64,000 bases of DNA from Emiliania huxleyi CCMP1516 (lineage: Eukaryota), in the NCBI RefSeq assembly GCF_000372725.1, contig NW_005202303.1, positions 124,001 to 188,000 on the forward strand. Direction: 5' to 3'. This document shows positions 23,420 through 33,694 of this stretch, piece after piece. The notes beneath the pieces are model-generated. The model did no database searches and had not been told where the DNA came from. It saw only the letters and a list, made by a program, of their open reading frames with translations. Made by a program: the position numbers and the translations under genes. Position 1 is the first letter of the stretch. Every line of letters starts with the position of its first letter.

Positions 23420-23941
23420 CGACGAGTGATGTTAATGATGCGGGCACCACCCGCCGATGAAATCCCACCCCCTTCATGTCGCATGCGGTTCGACGAGTCA
23501 GACCAATACGCTGAGATGGATTAGAGTTGAGAGATCTCGATATATCGGGCCACACAATGCTCGCGCGGCGAGGCCGAGGGATACCCTTGCCCACCTGTGC
23601 GCTGTGGGTTGCTCGAGCTCTTACTGTAAGATCGCCGCACGCACGACGGAGCTCGCGGAGGGCTGGAGCGCGAAAAATTAAAAAGCAAGCGAGTGTCGTC
23701 TCATCTCTCTTCCCCTACTTTAGCCGCTCTCGAGTCTCGTCCACACACACGACACTCGGACTCGCACACATTCTTACCAACACACACCGTCGTCAGGACA
23801 ATAGCGGGGTCGAGAGATCGTGAGACTGACACGCACGAATGAATTCCGGCACCCGGTCTGGTGGTCAGCGCGATGTCGAAGGGTCGGGGCTTGAGGGCGG
23901 GGATCTTGCTGGGGTCGCTGACGTTCTGTTGCCGTCTCGGA

Positions 23942-25891
23942 TCACAAAATGTGGAGCGCCACAGCGCCCCCCCGCCGCCGCGGCGACGAAAGCCGGCCGC
24001 CCCTCCGGCCGAGCGCCCGGGCGACCGCGAAGCCGGCGCCGGCGAGGGCCGCCGCGCCCACTGCAAGCGCGGGCAGCGAGGGCGCTGCGGCGGCGGCGCG
24101 GCTCTCCGGCGCCGCCTCGCGTTGGAGGAAGATCCCTCCGGGCGTGTGGTGCGGTGCGGCGAGGCGCTCCTCGTGGAAGCGCCAGTCGGCGTTGTCCGAG
24201 AACCAGCGGTTGTAGCGCGGCTCGTCGAGCCCCTCCTTCCCGTCCTCGGAGCGGCAAAAGGGGCGCAGCTGGCCGCGGTGCGCCGTGACTACTTTCCACG
24301 CGGCCTCGCGCTGCTCGCGGCTGACGGCGTACGACTTTGAGATGTCGGCGTACACCGTGGCGGACGGCCGCGCGGTGCGCGTGAGCGACGGCGACGTGCG
24401 GTCCACCGAGTAGAGCCCGAACTTTGGGCAGTACCCGTCGGCCCACTCCCAGTTGTCAGAAATGGTCCAGTGGATGTAACCGAAGACGTCGATGCCCTTG
24501 GAGACGGCGGCGGCGATGGCGGCGAGGTGCTCGGTGATGAAGGCGGGGCGCAGCACGTCGGTCGCGTCCGCGACGCCGTTCTCCGTCACCATGAATCTCT
24601 TCCACGTCGCGCCCGGCTTGTTGACGTAACGCTCGTGGAACATTTGCAGCACAGAGTAGAGGCCCTCCGTGTCGATGGCGCGCCCCGCCTCCGAGTAGCC
24701 GACGTCGGTGGGCTGCGCGATCGTCTGGCCGGAGATGATCTCCTTGCCGTAGTAGTTGAGCCCCAGGAAGTCGAGCCTGTCCTGGATCTTGTCGGTGATG
24801 GTGAAGTCCATGAACTCGCGCGAGAGCATCACCGCCGGCCCGTCCCACGGGTCCTTGCCCTCGAGGATCTGGGCGCGCGCGGCCATGCCAACCTGCGGCG
24901 CCCGCCAGCCGCGCAGCGTGTGCACCTGGTGGATGTGCGAGTAGGCCAGGTTGTGCGCGCCCGCCAGGTTGTCGACCGCCGCCTTGACGGATCGCTCGTC
25001 CCCCTGCAGCGCCTTGAGCACGACCTCGAGGTAGTTTGACTGCGGAAAGGCCTGCGGCCAGGTGCCCTCGATGTAGGTGAAGAGCGCGAAAGCCATCGGC
25101 TCGTTCATCGTCAGCCAGTAGTCGACCGACTCGCCGAGCCCCGCCGCCACGTCGCGCACGAAGCTCCCGAACTCGCGAACCACGGCCTCGTTGGTCCAGC
25201 CTCCCGCCTCGCCAACCCAGACGGGCAGCGAGTGGTGGAAGAGGGTGAGCACAACCTTCATCCCCTTGGCCTTGGCCATCCCCACGATCTCGCGGTACCG
25301 CGCCAGCGCCACGAAGTCCTGCACCCCCGAGCACGCGCACCCCTCGGGCGGCGCGCCGGGGCTCGCCGCGACCTTGGCCTCCTCCCTGGCCTCGCAAAAC
25401 GCGCTGCACGCGGGCGCGACAGGCGCGCTCGCGTTCGGGAAGGCGCTCGGGGACGTCGGCGCGAGCCGCGACCAGTCGACGCCCATCCGAAAGACGCCCG
25501 AGTTGAGCGCGGCCGCCAGCCCAATCTCCGCTTCGGGCTCGCTCCAAAAGCGCAGCCGCTCAGCCGCGCGCGGGGTCGTGCGCCAGGCGTGGCAGTGCGG
25601 CCGGCCGTTGGGGTGGAGCTCGGTGGTGTTGCAGAACGGTAGCCACGCGTCGTGCAGGTTGTCCTCCACGTGCGCCGGTGCAGTCGCGACGCCAAAGAGG
25701 AACGATCGGTCAAAGCTGAGCGCGCTCGGATACGCCGCGGCGCTCGGCGGCGGAGGCGGGGGAGAGGAGGCGAAAAAGTGGTGCCAGAACGCGAGCCCGC
25801 TTTTTGGCGGCGACGTGGAAGGCCGATCGAGCGCGGGCGTCCCCACTGACGGCTGGACTGCAATGGCTGCAGCGACCATTTGTGCGACCAT
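23942..25891 (-). CDS. SFR2: SFR2-like glycoside hydrolase family 1 protein (galactolipid galactosyltransferase-like)
   Basis: FLFGVATAPAHVED, RLRFWSEPE, VFRMGVDWSR, catalytic TMNEP and VTENG, and WTISDNWEWADGY are characteristic of plant SFR2. Single long ORF. Confidence 0.85.
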   Translation of the reverse strand: MVAQMVAAAIAVQPSVGTPALDRPSTSPPKSGLAFWHHFFASSPPPPPPSAAAYPSALSFDRSFLFGVATAPAHVEDNLHDAWLPFCNTTELHPNGRPHCHAWRTTPRAAERLRFWSEPEAEIGLAAALNSGVFRMGVDWSRLAPTSPSAFPNASAPVAPACSAFCEAREEAKVAASPGAPPEGCACSGVQDFVALARYREIVGMAKAKGMKVVLTLFHHSLPVWVGEAGGWTNEAVVREFGSFVRDVAAGLGESVDYWLTMNEPMAFALFTYIEGTWPQAFPQSNYLEVVLKALQGDERSVKAAVDNLAGAHNLAYSHIHQVHTLRGWRAPQVGMAARAQILEGKDPWDGPAVMLSREFMDFTITDKIQDRLDFLGLNYYGKEIISGQTIAQPTDVGYSEAGRAIDTEGLYSVLQMFHERYVNKPGATWKRFMVTENGVADATDVLRPAFITEHLAAIAAAVSKGIDVFGYIHWTISDNWEWADGYCPKFGLYSVDRTSPSLTRTARPSATVYADISKSYAVSREQREAAWKVVTAHRGQLRPFCRSEDGKEGLDEPRYNRWFSDNADWRFHEERLAAPHHTPGGIFLQREAAPESRAAAAAPSLPALAVGAAALAGAGFAVARALGRRGGRLSSPRRRGGAVALHIL

Positions 25892-26061
25892 GCGTCGTGC
25901 ACTCCCTTGGGCGATGTTATTGAGAAACTGGAGTGATTGCTGGGGAGGCAGGTCGCAAGACTGAGATGAGACCGCCAGTGGAGTTGGGAGTCCACCGTGC
26001 ACCGCGCTGCGAGCCTGTCGTGTCCCTTGTCAGGAGCAGGAGAGGAGCCCCACCTGTGTCC

Positions 26062-26152
26062 CTGATCGTCCTTCCAAAATCCTGCTCGTGCAGGTGGGGA
26101 CCCTGTCCTCCTCCCCCATCCCTCGTTTGGGGTGTCTGTTTTCTTTCTTTTT
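26062..26152 (+). mobile_element. Retroposed 3' fragment, same family as 11663-11751
   Basis: TGATCGTCCTT..ATCCTGCTCG.GCAGGTGGGGACCCTGTCC followed by a (TTTC)n/T tail; TSD not identified. Confidence 0.6.
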
Positions 26153-26190
26153 TGGTCCGTGCGCTCCCTCCGACGAACGACCCGAATTTT

Positions 26191-26743
26191 GAGGGAGGGT
26201 GTAGAGGATGTGCGCTGTCTGTAGATAGAGCTGTAGAGGATGTAGAGAGAGCGCTCTGGAGCGCTGTAGAGCTCTGTAGAGCTCTACATCCGGCGCGGGA
26301 CGGACTGCCTCCGATGTAGAGCGATGTAGAGCGCGATTTCACAGTCCGAAATCACTGAGTCCTAAGTAAATCGCGCCATCGCTCTCTTGTGTTGGGTCTG
26401 AGGGAGGGTGTAGAGGATGTAGAATGTAGAGCGCTGCGTAGAGCTGTAGAGCTGTAGAGCGCTGTAGAGCTGTAGAGCTCTACATCCCCGGCGCGGGACG
26501 GACTGCCTGCGTGAATTCGCCTGCGTGCTGCGTTTGTGAGAGCGATGTAGAGCGCGAATTCACATTGAAATCACTAAGTAAATCGCGCTCTACATGCGCT
26601 TTCCAGCGCTCTACAACGCAGGCAGTCCGTCCCGCGCCGGATGTAGAGCTCTCTGAGAGCTCTAGCCTCTACAGTTCTACAGCGCTCCAGAGCGCTCTAC
26701 ACGCTCTATCTACAGCTTACAGCGCTCACACACCCTCCCTCAG
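26191..26743. mobile_element. TGTAGAG-rich MITE: truncated copy (26191-26376) plus complete palindromic copy (26398-26743)
   Basis: The complete copy begins CTGAGGGAGGGTGT and ends ACACCCTCCCTCAG, with TGTAGAG/CTCTACA subterminal repeats in inverted orientation. Confidence 0.75.
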
Positions 26744-27237
26744 GTTAGGGTACCCCTAGGCTTAGAAGGGTGGGCCCTGGGGCGCCTGCCTGCGGCTTAA
26801 ACGGCTTAAAACCGGCCATCCATGGCCGGTTGTAGAGCTGCCTGCTTCGAGTCCGCCGCTCCTCCCCTCGGTCGGTGGTGGGTGTGCACGTCGATCGATC
26901 GATGACGGCCTCGGCTCCGTACGACTTGGCGACGGCGATCGCGTCAATCATGAAGACTACCGCCCCCGCGCCACCAGCCAGGCATCGCTTGCTTGCTTGC
27001 GCCCACCCACCTACCTGCCTGCCTGACTGATCGCCCTCAGCCAGCATCTCGTTGCCCGCAGGACCGTTGTTTGAAACGTACTTTCTTCACTGTAGTGCGC
27101 GTCGCTGGTCGTTCGACACCGAGTTTGAATCCTGTCTTCCTGTGCGCGCCTCCCGCGTGCCCAGTCTCGTGCGAGTTTGAAAGTTACGACGGGACGCAAG
27201 CACGGCACCTTTCCGCTTGTGCATGCATAGGCGAGCA

Positions 27238-28893
27238 ATGAGCGCTCCTCCCGCCCCTCGCGCGCGCTGCATCGGCCGGGGCGACACGTGGCCTGGGAAC
27301 CGCACCTGCCTCTTCCAGCACGTGTTCTTTTCCGACGGCGCCTTCACCGCCGGCCCGCGGCTCGCGGGCGCAAGCACCGAGGACGAGGCACTCTTCATGC
27401 ACAACAGGTGCTCCACCGCCTGCCATCGCCCGATGACGCGCCGCGCTCGGTGAACCTCCCTCCCTGCCCTCGCTCTCGAGGTGGGTCGACCTCGACTGGG
27501 ACCGGCTCAAGCAGAGCCGGAAGGCGGGGCACGGGCTGGGGAAGCCGCACCCGGCTGCGGTCGAGCTGTGGACGCAATTTCGCTGGAGCATCTCGCGGGC
27601 GCGGCCGCGCAACCCCACCGGCGCCCCCGTCCGCTCATGCGGCCGCTCCGCCACTCGCCCACACCGACCTGCCCCGCCTTGGCCCTTTGCAGGCTCGCTG
27701 CCCCACTGCGTCGCGCACCTGCACGCCTTCCACTGGAACCCGGGGCACAACCTCTTCGACTACATGTACCCCAGCTGGTTCTCCCTGCTCGCCCTCCAGC
27801 CCGAGGTGGCGACCAGCGGTACGTGGCAGTGGGTGACGCGGGAGGCCGTCGACCCAAAGCGCACCATTCCCTGCGGCGGCCGCGCCTCCACGCCGCCCCT
27901 CTCTGCAAACCGCGCGTCCAAAGTAGGTGGCCGCTCGGGCTGATTGAAGCGTTCTCGGGCCATCCCGTCTTGAGCCTCCGGGATTTTGAGGCCAAATACG
28001 GTGCCATCGGGGTTCCGTGCTTGGTCGCGGGCGTGGGCGGGCGCGGCATCGGCGTCACAAACCGCGAGGGCGTAGCCGAGGTTGGGAGCCTGCCGGGTCT
28101 CGATCCGGTGAAAATGTTTCGCGACCGGATGTACGTGCGGCACGGCCTCCATCCTCCGGAGCCCCAACGCAGCATTTCGGGAGGCTACATCACCGTCGTA
28201 GAGTCGAAGCGAGAGCTGAGTGCAGCCGACGCGGCGGCGGCGCTGGCCGCGCAAACCCTTGGGATGGAGCTGCGTACGGTGCGGTGGGAGGAGCTGACCT
28301 TCGTCGAGCAGCTGCAGGTGTGTGCCTCGACCGCCGTCCTAGTCGTTGGTGTCGGCACGGTGCGAGTCAACTCTTTCCTCCTCCCCGAGGGCGCGGTGGA
28401 GGTGCAAACCTGTACGCCGGCGAACTGGGCGCTGCCGAGCCGCCGCTTCTGCTTCGATGCACACCTCGGCACGCTCATGTCGCACGTCCACGTCGTCCAC
28501 CTGAGCGGGTACTCTGCCGACGAAGCCAGGGCCAAGCGAAGCCCCATTGAGCTGGCGCAGACGATAGAGGACGCAGCGATCGCGGCGTCAGCGCTGCCCG
28601 GAGACCGGCGCCTCAACCTGCCCTCTGACGTGCGGCTGCGGTACGCTGCCGTCACGGCCGGCGTCCCCGAGCTCTTTTGGGCGCAGTCGGGGTCCATTCC
28701 CCTCCAAGCGCGCTCTCGTTCGCCCCTGCTGCCCATAAATATTCACTTGGCGAGTGTAGGTGGTGCCACGTCGTCCCCCTGCCCGCAGACTGCCCGAAGG
28801 CATACCACCATTGTAGCGTCTCCAACGACCGGTACGCCATCAGCCACAACTACATTCACGGTCCTTACCATACCTGCCTGCCGAGGGAGGTGA
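27238..28893 (+). CDS. Glycosyltransferase family 61-like protein (multi-exon, ends uncertain)
   Basis: TCLFQHV and HWNPGHNLFDYMYPSW in upstream frames, then LTFVEQLQVCASTAVLVVGVGTVRVNSFLLPEGAVEVQ resembling the GT61 C-terminal block (HGA motif replaced). Confidence 0.55.
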
Positions 28894-29641
28894 TGAAGAA
28901 GGCTGGGCAGCTGGCCTTGTCCCAGGAGCCAAGTCGCACGGCGGCGCGCGTCAGTCACCATAGTGTCAGCTATGGCCACACGAGGGTCACGGCGGCGGGC
29001 ACAAAGCACCGGCATACCTCAAGGCTGGCGGGATTGTAGGGATCAAGGGCTCCGGGAAGGCTCTCCGGCTAGATGTAGATGGGTGCGGCATTTGATGCTG
29101 CTGGTGCCAAGCAGTTGGCGGCCGCTGTGCCACCGTCCGTGGGCACCGAGCCTCTCCGCTCTGTGCCCAGCCAATCACCACGGCTCGCGCAGGATGCCCA
29201 TGGTGCCAGCCAACGTATCGAGCGTAGGCCGGAAATACTGTGCAGCAACACATCTCGCTGTGTGCCGCACCAGCTCTCATGTCGGCCTAAGTGCCGCACT
29301 GCTCACTCCGTGCACTCACCGGTCGGTACCATGTCAGGAGACGGAACACGGAGGAGCTGTATGTCACTAGAGACCCACACCCATCGCTACACATCACCAC
29401 AACCACCAAGTCGGATACAAACTATGACAGCAAAATGTAAATGAGGGTATCCGGCGAACCAGTTTAGACCATCTTTAGACCAAGTTTGACCGCTGTGCTG
29501 AAGACGAACCAGATTAGACTCAGTTTATCATAAACTGAGTCTAAAGACTAAACACAGAGAGGGCGCTCGGCCTGGGTGGGGGACCCCATTAGACATACCA
29601 GGTTTAGACCCGGTTTAGGGCGCCCCTAGCTAGCTGCGGAA

Positions 29642-30456
29642 TTCTCTGGTAGGACGGGAACGAGATGATAGTAGGGAGTAGAAGAAAGCAAAGAGGAGCC
29701 CTGCGCACGCACGACTCCGCAGGAGAAGCCCCTCCCGCCCGTGCTTGCGCAGCGCAGCCTCCTCCTCCTACTCGCAAGCCGGGTAGCCCTTGAGGTGATT
29801 ATGACGGGTTCCACCCTGTGTGGTGTTATGACGGGCTCCACCCTGTGTGGTGATTGTAATGGGTTCCACCCTGTGTGGTGATTATGACGGGTTCCACCCT
29901 GTGTGGTGATTGTGACGGGTTCCACCCTGTGTGGTGATTATGACGGGTTCCACCCTGTGTGGTGATTATTTCGGGTTCCACCCTCTGAAGCATGCCTTTT
30001 GCGGCGAGTTGTTGCGACGGCAGCGGCCGCAGTCAGTCGAGCGGGACGCGCGCGTCTTCGTATGCTCGGCCATCGCGCGTCGTTACAATCGTGAATCGGA
30101 CGATTGCGCTGTGCTTGGAGCATCGCAGCACGTTCGCCGCCCAGCCGGCCGCCGAATACCTTTGCACGCGTACTGCGGCCAGAGGGCGCTTGCGACGAGG
30201 ACCGGCCGCCCTGTGGCGTTCTCGGCGGTGATCGGTCGGGCGTCGATGGGCGCCGCTAACGGACTTGGCGCCGCTCCGTTACCACGTGTCGGCGGTGGCC
30301 CGCTCGTTGCACCGCCCGCCTCGCGGGTGGCCGCGCCAAAGGGCGACGCGGTCCCCCACGGCTGGAGCGCTTCGGCGCGTTGCGCTGCCGCGTAGCAGCC
30401 CCACCCGGCCGCCCGAGGGTGTTCCCGCAGGCAGAGAAGACTAATCGTGGGGGAAG
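29642..30456 (-). mobile_element. Partial copy of miniature split-direct-repeat element (A fragment - internal - 28 bp minisatellite - B)
   Basis: 30395-30456 matches the start of module A, ~29790-29983 is the minisatellite and 29642-29735 is module B; all are reverse complements of parts of 32572-33694. Confidence 0.75.
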
Positions 30457-30469
30457 CAGGTCAGGCGCA

Positions 30470-30656
30470 CGGTGTCGTCGGGCAGCGGTGATGATCTCGT
30501 CCATGCCGTCGTCGAAGTGCATAAGCAGCCGGTCGTGCTCGCTATTGGTCGGCCAATGGGCGACGATGGTGGCGGGGAACCAGTCCGTGCTCCCATCCTC
30601 GTCCTCCCACACGGCCTCGACGCGCTGCCCGACCAGCTTCTCCACGCCATCCGTAT
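30470..30656 (-). pseudogene. Isolated Tudor-like domain fragment
   Basis: GVEKLVGQRVEAVWEDEDGSTDWFPATIVAH...LLMHFDDGMDE, bounded on both sides by repeat modules. Confidence 0.5.
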
Positions 30657-30750
30657 AGCTGTGGACGGGCACGTGGAACGTCGTTTCATGTTCGAACGGC
30701 CTTCGGGATTCAAACAAAAAATAGCCGGCCCCTTCTCGCAACCCCTCCGA

Positions 30751-31019
30751 TGACTTTGGACCTTTGCGAGAGGTGGCGAGCGGAGCAAGCGCGGTGTAGG
30801 CGCGCCCACGCGGCGCAGTGGCTCTCCCGCGACCATAGCCCCTCCCGCAGCCGCAGCCGTAGCCGCAGCCCCAACTCTTGCTGCTCTTCTAGTGTCGGGT
30901 AGTGACCAGGGGTGAGGGGACGGATTGAAGATCCCTCACACCAAGATCGTGCAGGGCGGGGACACATGTCCCTAAATCCCATCTCGTCTCAGAGTTTGAC
31001 CGTTTTTATTTATTTATTT
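30751..31019 (+). mobile_element. 269 bp retroposed insert with (TTTA)n tail and 11 bp TSD, nested in another repeat
   Basis: AACCCCTCCGA at 30740-30750 and 31020-31030. The uninterrupted host repeat is present inverted at ~38095-38220. Confidence 0.85.
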
Positions 31020-31436
31020 AACCCCTCCGACCCCCCGGGACCCGTGGGCGTCGAAGAGGCGAGGTGGTGAGCTGGAAGCAGGAAACAGCGCTTCGTGGCA
31101 CTTGCCGTTCTCGACAAGGTCACACGCGGACGGAGGCACCGGTGCCGGCAAAACACAGCCAAATGCGCGAGGCGCGAGGACGCTCCTGGGCCGCGTTTGA
31201 ACGGTGTGAAAATGAAAACCACCTCCACACGCTTACACTTACCTGTGAAGTGTGAACAGCGGATTTTGAATCAGCGTTCTCCTTGAACGATATCGGTGTC
31301 GAAACACCGCTCTGACAGCGCTCACAGCTACGCTTTATTCACAGGCGGTGTCCGAAACTTGTGCTGTCTGCTGTGTCCAGCGCCGTGGACTCTACTCGCC
31401 AGCTCGCACGCGGAGTCGCTCCCTCTCCACCTCTTC

Positions 31437-31871
31437 ATGCTAGCCTCTTTGATCCTCGGGGCGCCGCGCTCTTTGCGCCCAGCGCTTAGGCACAGAGCCG
31501 TGCGTTCTATGTGCGAGCAGCCGCGCGACTGGGATGCAAGCTGGCGGAGGATGCAGCAGGAGGGCGGCGTTGATCGGTCGAGCCTAGGTCGGCCAGAGGA
31601 GGCTACGCCCTCACCAAATCCGGCTGACTCTAGCGAGGTGTTCATCCTCGCACCACCCTCGCAGCCACGGGAAGAGTTTTCCGGCGAGGGGAGCTTGCTC
31701 GCGGCGTTTGCGTCGGAGAAAGGCCTGCTGCGCGCGATGGGCGTGCTCGTCATCGTCTTCTGCTTCATGGTGGGCGTCGGCCTCACAGGCGGCATCACCG
31801 ACGGCACGGACAGATTCGCGAATCCGGAGCCGATGATGGCGACGGAGAGGGTCACTAGTGACTCCATTTGA
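31437..31871 (+). CDS. Small putative plastid membrane protein
   Basis: Transit-like N-terminus, DWDASW motif and one TM (GVLVIVFCFMVGVGLTGGI). Confidence 0.6.
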   Translation: MLASLILGAPRSLRPALRHRAVRSMCEQPRDWDASWRRMQQEGGVDRSSLGRPEEATPSPNPADSSEVFILAPPSQPREEFSGEGSLLAAFASEKGLLRAMGVLVIVFCFMVGVGLTGGITDGTDRFANPEPMMATERVTSDSI

Positions 31872-32571
31872 TGTGCACTGTGGGTCTGTGGGCGAGTCCT
31901 CACACTCACCCGGTGTGGAGGCAAAGTCAGCGCCCTCCTTGAGCCTAGCCGCGATGTAGCCGGTGAGCGGTATCAGTGCCGCTGCATGTGGTCTCGGTTT
32001 CGCAGGCACACCCATGGTCTCACAGTGTGCCTGCGGGCAGTTCTCTCTCTCAAGTCGGCAGTGGCCAGTGAGGGCGAGCCCATTTGCGGTGTGCGGATGA
32101 CTGTGTGTTCTGCGTAACACCCCCCAAATAACAAATAAATTCCCCCTTTTTTCGAGCTGAGAGGTTTTGGGATTTCGCTCCCGCGCAATCAAGTCATCAA
32201 CGATGGCGCGAACGGCCGAAATGCGAAAAAGCGCGGTGGTAGCAAGCACGATGGAGGTGCGTCTTTCCCATGCTATCGCGCCCCCGAGCGCGAACTATGC
32301 ACGGGCCCGGCTCGCCCGCTAGTTGGGCCACCCGGCACACCCCGCCCCCCACCTGCCGGCTTACCTGCCGTCAGTTCACGGGGGATCGCCTCAACTGTCA
32401 GCAACTGAAATCCACCAGCTTCAGCCTCGCCTCACAGCTGGTCGGACGCGGGTTCTTAAGGGTCGCACATGCCGGCCATGACGTCTGCCAACCGGCCGTT
32501 CGCAGGAGGTAGCTTCGCACGACCCCGACAACTCCGAGAAAATGGCCCGCGCGAAAAGTGCGCGCCGGCGG

Positions 32572-33694
32572 GGTTACTTCCCCCAGGATTGGTCTTCTCT
32601 GCCTGCGGGAACACCCTCGGGCGGCCGGGTGGGGCTGCGGCTGGAGCTAGCATGGCTCGATAGAGCCGAGACCCCGTGTTGAGGCGGCGCTCCTGTGGGC
32701 GGCTGTGGAATCGGGAGATTCGACCTTAGATCTCCAGTTATCTCATCCCAGTGGATGGACGTCCGGACGTCCCTTTGTGTTCCTCTCGCCGTCCGCCAGC
32801 GAGACGCTCTGTCGCTGGCGGCCGCAGTTTTCTGTGAGGTGGGAGGAGAGGAGAGGACGCAGTGAAGATGGCGCAGCAGCAGGCCCCGCCAGCTGCGCAA
32901 GCGCCCATCGTCGTCGTCGTTGACGAAGTTCAGGGTGGAACCCATTACAATCACCACACAGGGTGGAACCCATCATAATCACCACACAGGGTGGAACCCA
33001 TCATAATCACCACACAGGGTGGAACCCATCATAATCACCACACAGGGTGGAACCCATTACAATCACCACACAGGGTGGAACCCATTACAATCACCACACA
33101 GGGTGGAACCCATTATAATCACCACACAGGGTGGAACCCATTACAATCACCACACAGCTACCCGGCTTGCGAGTAGGGAGGAGGAGGCTGCGCTGCGCAA
33201 GCACGGGCGGGAGGGGCTTCTCCTGCGGAGTCGTGCGTGCGCAGGGCTCCTCTTTGCTTTCTTCTACTCCCTACTATCATCTCGTTCCCGTCCTACCAGA
33301 GAAGGTTACTTCCCCCAGGATTGGTCTTCTCTGCCTGCGGGAACACCCTCGGGCGGCCGGGTGGGGCTGCGGCTGGAGCTAGCATGGCTCGATAGAGCCG
33401 AGACCCCGTGTTGAGGCGGCGCTCCTGTGGGCGGCTGTGGAATCGGGAGATTCGACCTTAGATCTCCAGTTATCTCATCCCAGTGGATGGACGTCCGGAC
33501 GTCCCTTTGTGTTCCTCTCGCCGTCCGCCAGCGAGACGCTCTGTCGCTGGCGGCCGCAGTTTTCTGTGACCCACCCACCTCTCCCCTGTGTTTTGTCTGG
33601 GGAGGGGCTTCTCCTGCGGAGTCGTGCGTGCGCAGGGCTCCTCTTTGCTTTCTTCTACTCCCTACTATCATCTCGTTCCCGTCCTACCAGAGAA
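32572..33694 (+). mobile_element. Non-autonomous split-direct-repeat element (A1-internal-B1-A2-B2), Ngaro/PAT-like
   Basis: A1 32572-32837 = A2 33304-33569 (266 bp); B1 33210-33303 = B2 33601-33694 (94 bp); internal 28 bp minisatellite at 32931-33156. Confidence 0.75.
32931..33156 (+). repeat. 28 bp minisatellite, 8 copies
   Basis: CAGGGTGGAACCCATYAYAATCACCACA repeated head-to-tail. Confidence 0.95.

Noticed and set aside
32931..33156. 28 bp repeat array as a CRISPR
   Set aside because: Units are head-to-tail with no unique spacers, there are no cas genes and the context is eukaryotic; it is a minisatellite.
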